Part shown: one piece after another, positions 61,321 through 64,000 of the stretch | How the letters are laid out: each line of letters begins with the position of its first letter | How positions within the stretch are numbered: the first letter of the stretch is position 1 | Source: Pecten maximus | Lineage: Eukaryota | Assembly: GCF_902652985.1 (NCBI RefSeq) | Contig: NC_047023.1 | Coordinates: 39,246,001-39,310,000 of the forward strand | Reading direction: 5' to 3' | Length of the DNA stretch: 64,000 nt | Notes under the pieces: model-generated | What the model was told of the DNA's origin: nothing | Seen by the model: the letters and a program-made list of their open reading frames with translations, nothing else | The model's database searches: none | Position numbers and translations under genes: made by a program

Positions 61321-63235
61321 AATATGAAAATGTATTTAATGAAACTTTGGCAAACATATCCAGACGTTGATATGCATCCATAATCATGCAATTTTTCACT
61401 TTCCTGTACTTATGTATTACCAGGATATTTGTACAAGTGATCATTATTGAAATATAAGGTTCTAATTCTATCTTTTCTATCAATCAAAATATGGTTTATT
61501 TCACTACCTAGTCAAAATAATCAAATGCTTTACTTAGTTTTAAAAGGGGAGATAATTCTAATATGCTATGAAGTTGTTTTCACGCAAAGAGTAAGTCCAT
61601 GGGTTACAAGTCACTGTCATTAATAAATCAAAGTTAATAATTTGAAAATAATCTTTAGGTGAATTAAGAAATATTTATTCTAGACACATGTTTTATCCTT
61701 TTTTTGTATTATATTGGCAACAGTTTGATACACATAACTAAACCCTACATTCATGGTCATATACATGTAATAGAGTACATGTATCAGTAGCACAATAAAC
61801 AGCAAATTGAAGGTACATTATGTATCATCACTAAATAAAATCATTTCTATAAGCATCTGACCTAGTCTGTAAAATCCATTACTATAGCTAAAATGGTGGT
61901 GCTGTTGTTAGGATTCTTGCCAAATACAGTACATTTAATGACTAGATCAGTTGTTTTGTATGTGTCTTTGTAAATGTAAACACCATAAATGAAGGGAACA
62001 TTGGGTATATTAACTCAAAATAAAATACCTTGTACTTCAATTTTCCTGTTGTTTAACTGAAAAATGTGGGCTATACATGTGAAGGGTGCTTGCTAGATAA
62101 CAAACCTTGACACATGTTTTACGTACCATATTTTGTTTGGTCTTGATGTTACATTGTATTTTATAAAATGTTTTGTGTAATTTGGTACATAGAGCCCTTT
62201 TATAATCAGAAAGACTTTAAAAGGGTCTCCATTACTTCATATGGATATTTTACTATTGTGAACACACTGCATGTATTTGTCTTAATGCATATTCCATTCT
62301 AGCCAGAGTTTCCTCTGGTCCAACACCAGGTGTTTTGACAGAGCTTACATCAGACATGTGTCGATTAAAATGTCAGTATCTGGTGTTTGGCGAGAGGAAC
62401 CTTTGGTAATTCTATTCATACACTCACTATTATTACTGTCATATTCTAGATTAATGGTCACAAACTCTCATGCATGTCTCATAATGTGTACATGAATGTA
62501 TATTCATTGATTGTCTTGGTAGTTATTCAATATAACTATCATTCAACTCTTGTTCCACAAAAATATGAAATGTTTGCATATAACAGGGACCAATTTTGCT
62601 ATAAATTTTCAACAGGTTTGAATTATAAAGTATTGATTTACTTGCTATTAATTGAAATTCGGCATTTCATGCATGTAGCAACCTAGTTTTATTTTCTGAG
62701 ACTAAGTTTTGATAAATGATTTATTGTCCAGTTATTTTGGAGGATACAAGCTTTATCACTTAATGTACATGTTATGTACTTATATCTATGCAGTTTTCAG
62801 GAAAAAAATAACATTTTTAGGCATGATTGAGGCTGTCTTGAGTAGAATTTTTACGGAGACAGCTTTCATAAGTATACATTGAATGATTAACTTCAATGAA
62901 AATATTATGCAAATTAGACAAGATGTGTACACCCAAGTTATACAATCAACTTGTTACTGCATTAGAATATACACATATCAAGCATAAGCTTCTCATTCAT
63001 TTACTGTGATCAGGAGATATGTTATTTACTTTGATCTAGAGATCTGTTGTTTACTCCAGTGAAGATCTGTCATTTTCTCTAACGGAGAGATCTGTTACAC
63101 TTAAGTTTTGTGGTATATTTCTCGTCTTGCACTTCCATGATGATGTTACTGCAGTGTTACTATGTGTTATGATGATTGTATAGGGTTATCAATAAAACTG
63201 TTTTCAGAGATGATGTAACTGCTGAATTTTGAGTC

Positions 63236-63681
63236 TTTATCCCACCTGCCAAAAAGGGAAGTGAGCTTATCCCTAATTGGTGTGGCATCCATCATCGTTG
63301 CATCCTTTGTCAACATTTACATTTTTAAAAATAACACCTCAATAACCAGGAGGCCCAGAGACTGGAAATCAGAACGTAGCATACTGGGATGAAAGCTACC
63401 AAGTTTGTTCAAATTAATGACTTTGACCTTTTTTTGAGACCAAAATTCTTTAACAATGACTTCTCAATTAAACCAAGAGTCTCGAGAGAACTGATCTTGG
63501 GCCAGTAGTATAATGTAATGAAGGACTACAAAAATCATTTCAAAGAATAAACCTAGCCTATTTATTTGAATAAAGTGGTTAATCAGCTGTGCATCTGCAT
63601 ACATGACCTAGAATGTCCAAGATCAACTTCAAAGCCGCATTAGAAGCAGATGAGCAATACAGGCCCATTTGGTCTCTTGTT
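63236..63681 (+). mobile_element. Degenerate HINE-type element
   Basis: TTTATCCCACCTG..GTGAGCTTAT start, TGACCTT motif, end GATGAGCAATACAGGCCCATTTGGTCTCTTGTT. Confidence 0.6.
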
Positions 63682-64000
63682 AACTGCATTACACATCTGT
63701 TTTGTCCAGCAAAGTCCCCTCTGCAGTGATAAATGTACAATTAGATTTGTAAATATGTCTCATCCCTTAGCTTTGTTCAAACAATAGGCCCCACAGGTAA
63801 AATATTAATATTTCCAGAAATCCTGAAATACTCTTTACGAAAATCTGACCAGTGATGGTTGTGGTAGAAAGTCTGGAAATACAAAAAAGGGAAATAAATA
63901 AAAAAATAAAAAAATTTAAACAAGAAAGATAAAAGACAAAATGGCATCTATGATTACATGATAATGAAACAGGATGAAACATACAATAAACTTTAACACA

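Overview
AT-rich eukaryotic genomic DNA with spliceosomal introns. The repeat landscape (HINE/Helentron-type elements, V-domain tRNA SINEs, long minisatellites) suggests a bivalve mollusc; this is inference. Two host genes can be rebuilt by hand. (1) A secreted prepro-CAP/SCP protein, minus strand, 5 coding exons, 214 aa, 11671-15594. (2) A class-I Rab11-FIP-like gene, plus strand, 7 coding exons, 442 aa, 42890-53647, with the unusual architecture C2 - Sec5/EXOC2-like IPT domain - 2x NPF - FIP-RBD. The rest is nested, mostly degraded mobile DNA: two Ty3/Gypsy elements, three LINE fragments, three SINEs, an internally deleted ISL2EU-like transposon, several HINEs, MITEs and a recurring set of palindromic fold-back modules, including a 1.64-kb element whose TIRs are themselves hairpins. 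Large tandem arrays have 15, 21, 24, 35, 36, 38, 51, 74 and 155-bp units, and most long ORFs in the track are artefacts of these arrays. There are no prokaryotic features and no CRISPR. Coordinates were counted by hand and family assignments come from recalled motifs, not database searches.
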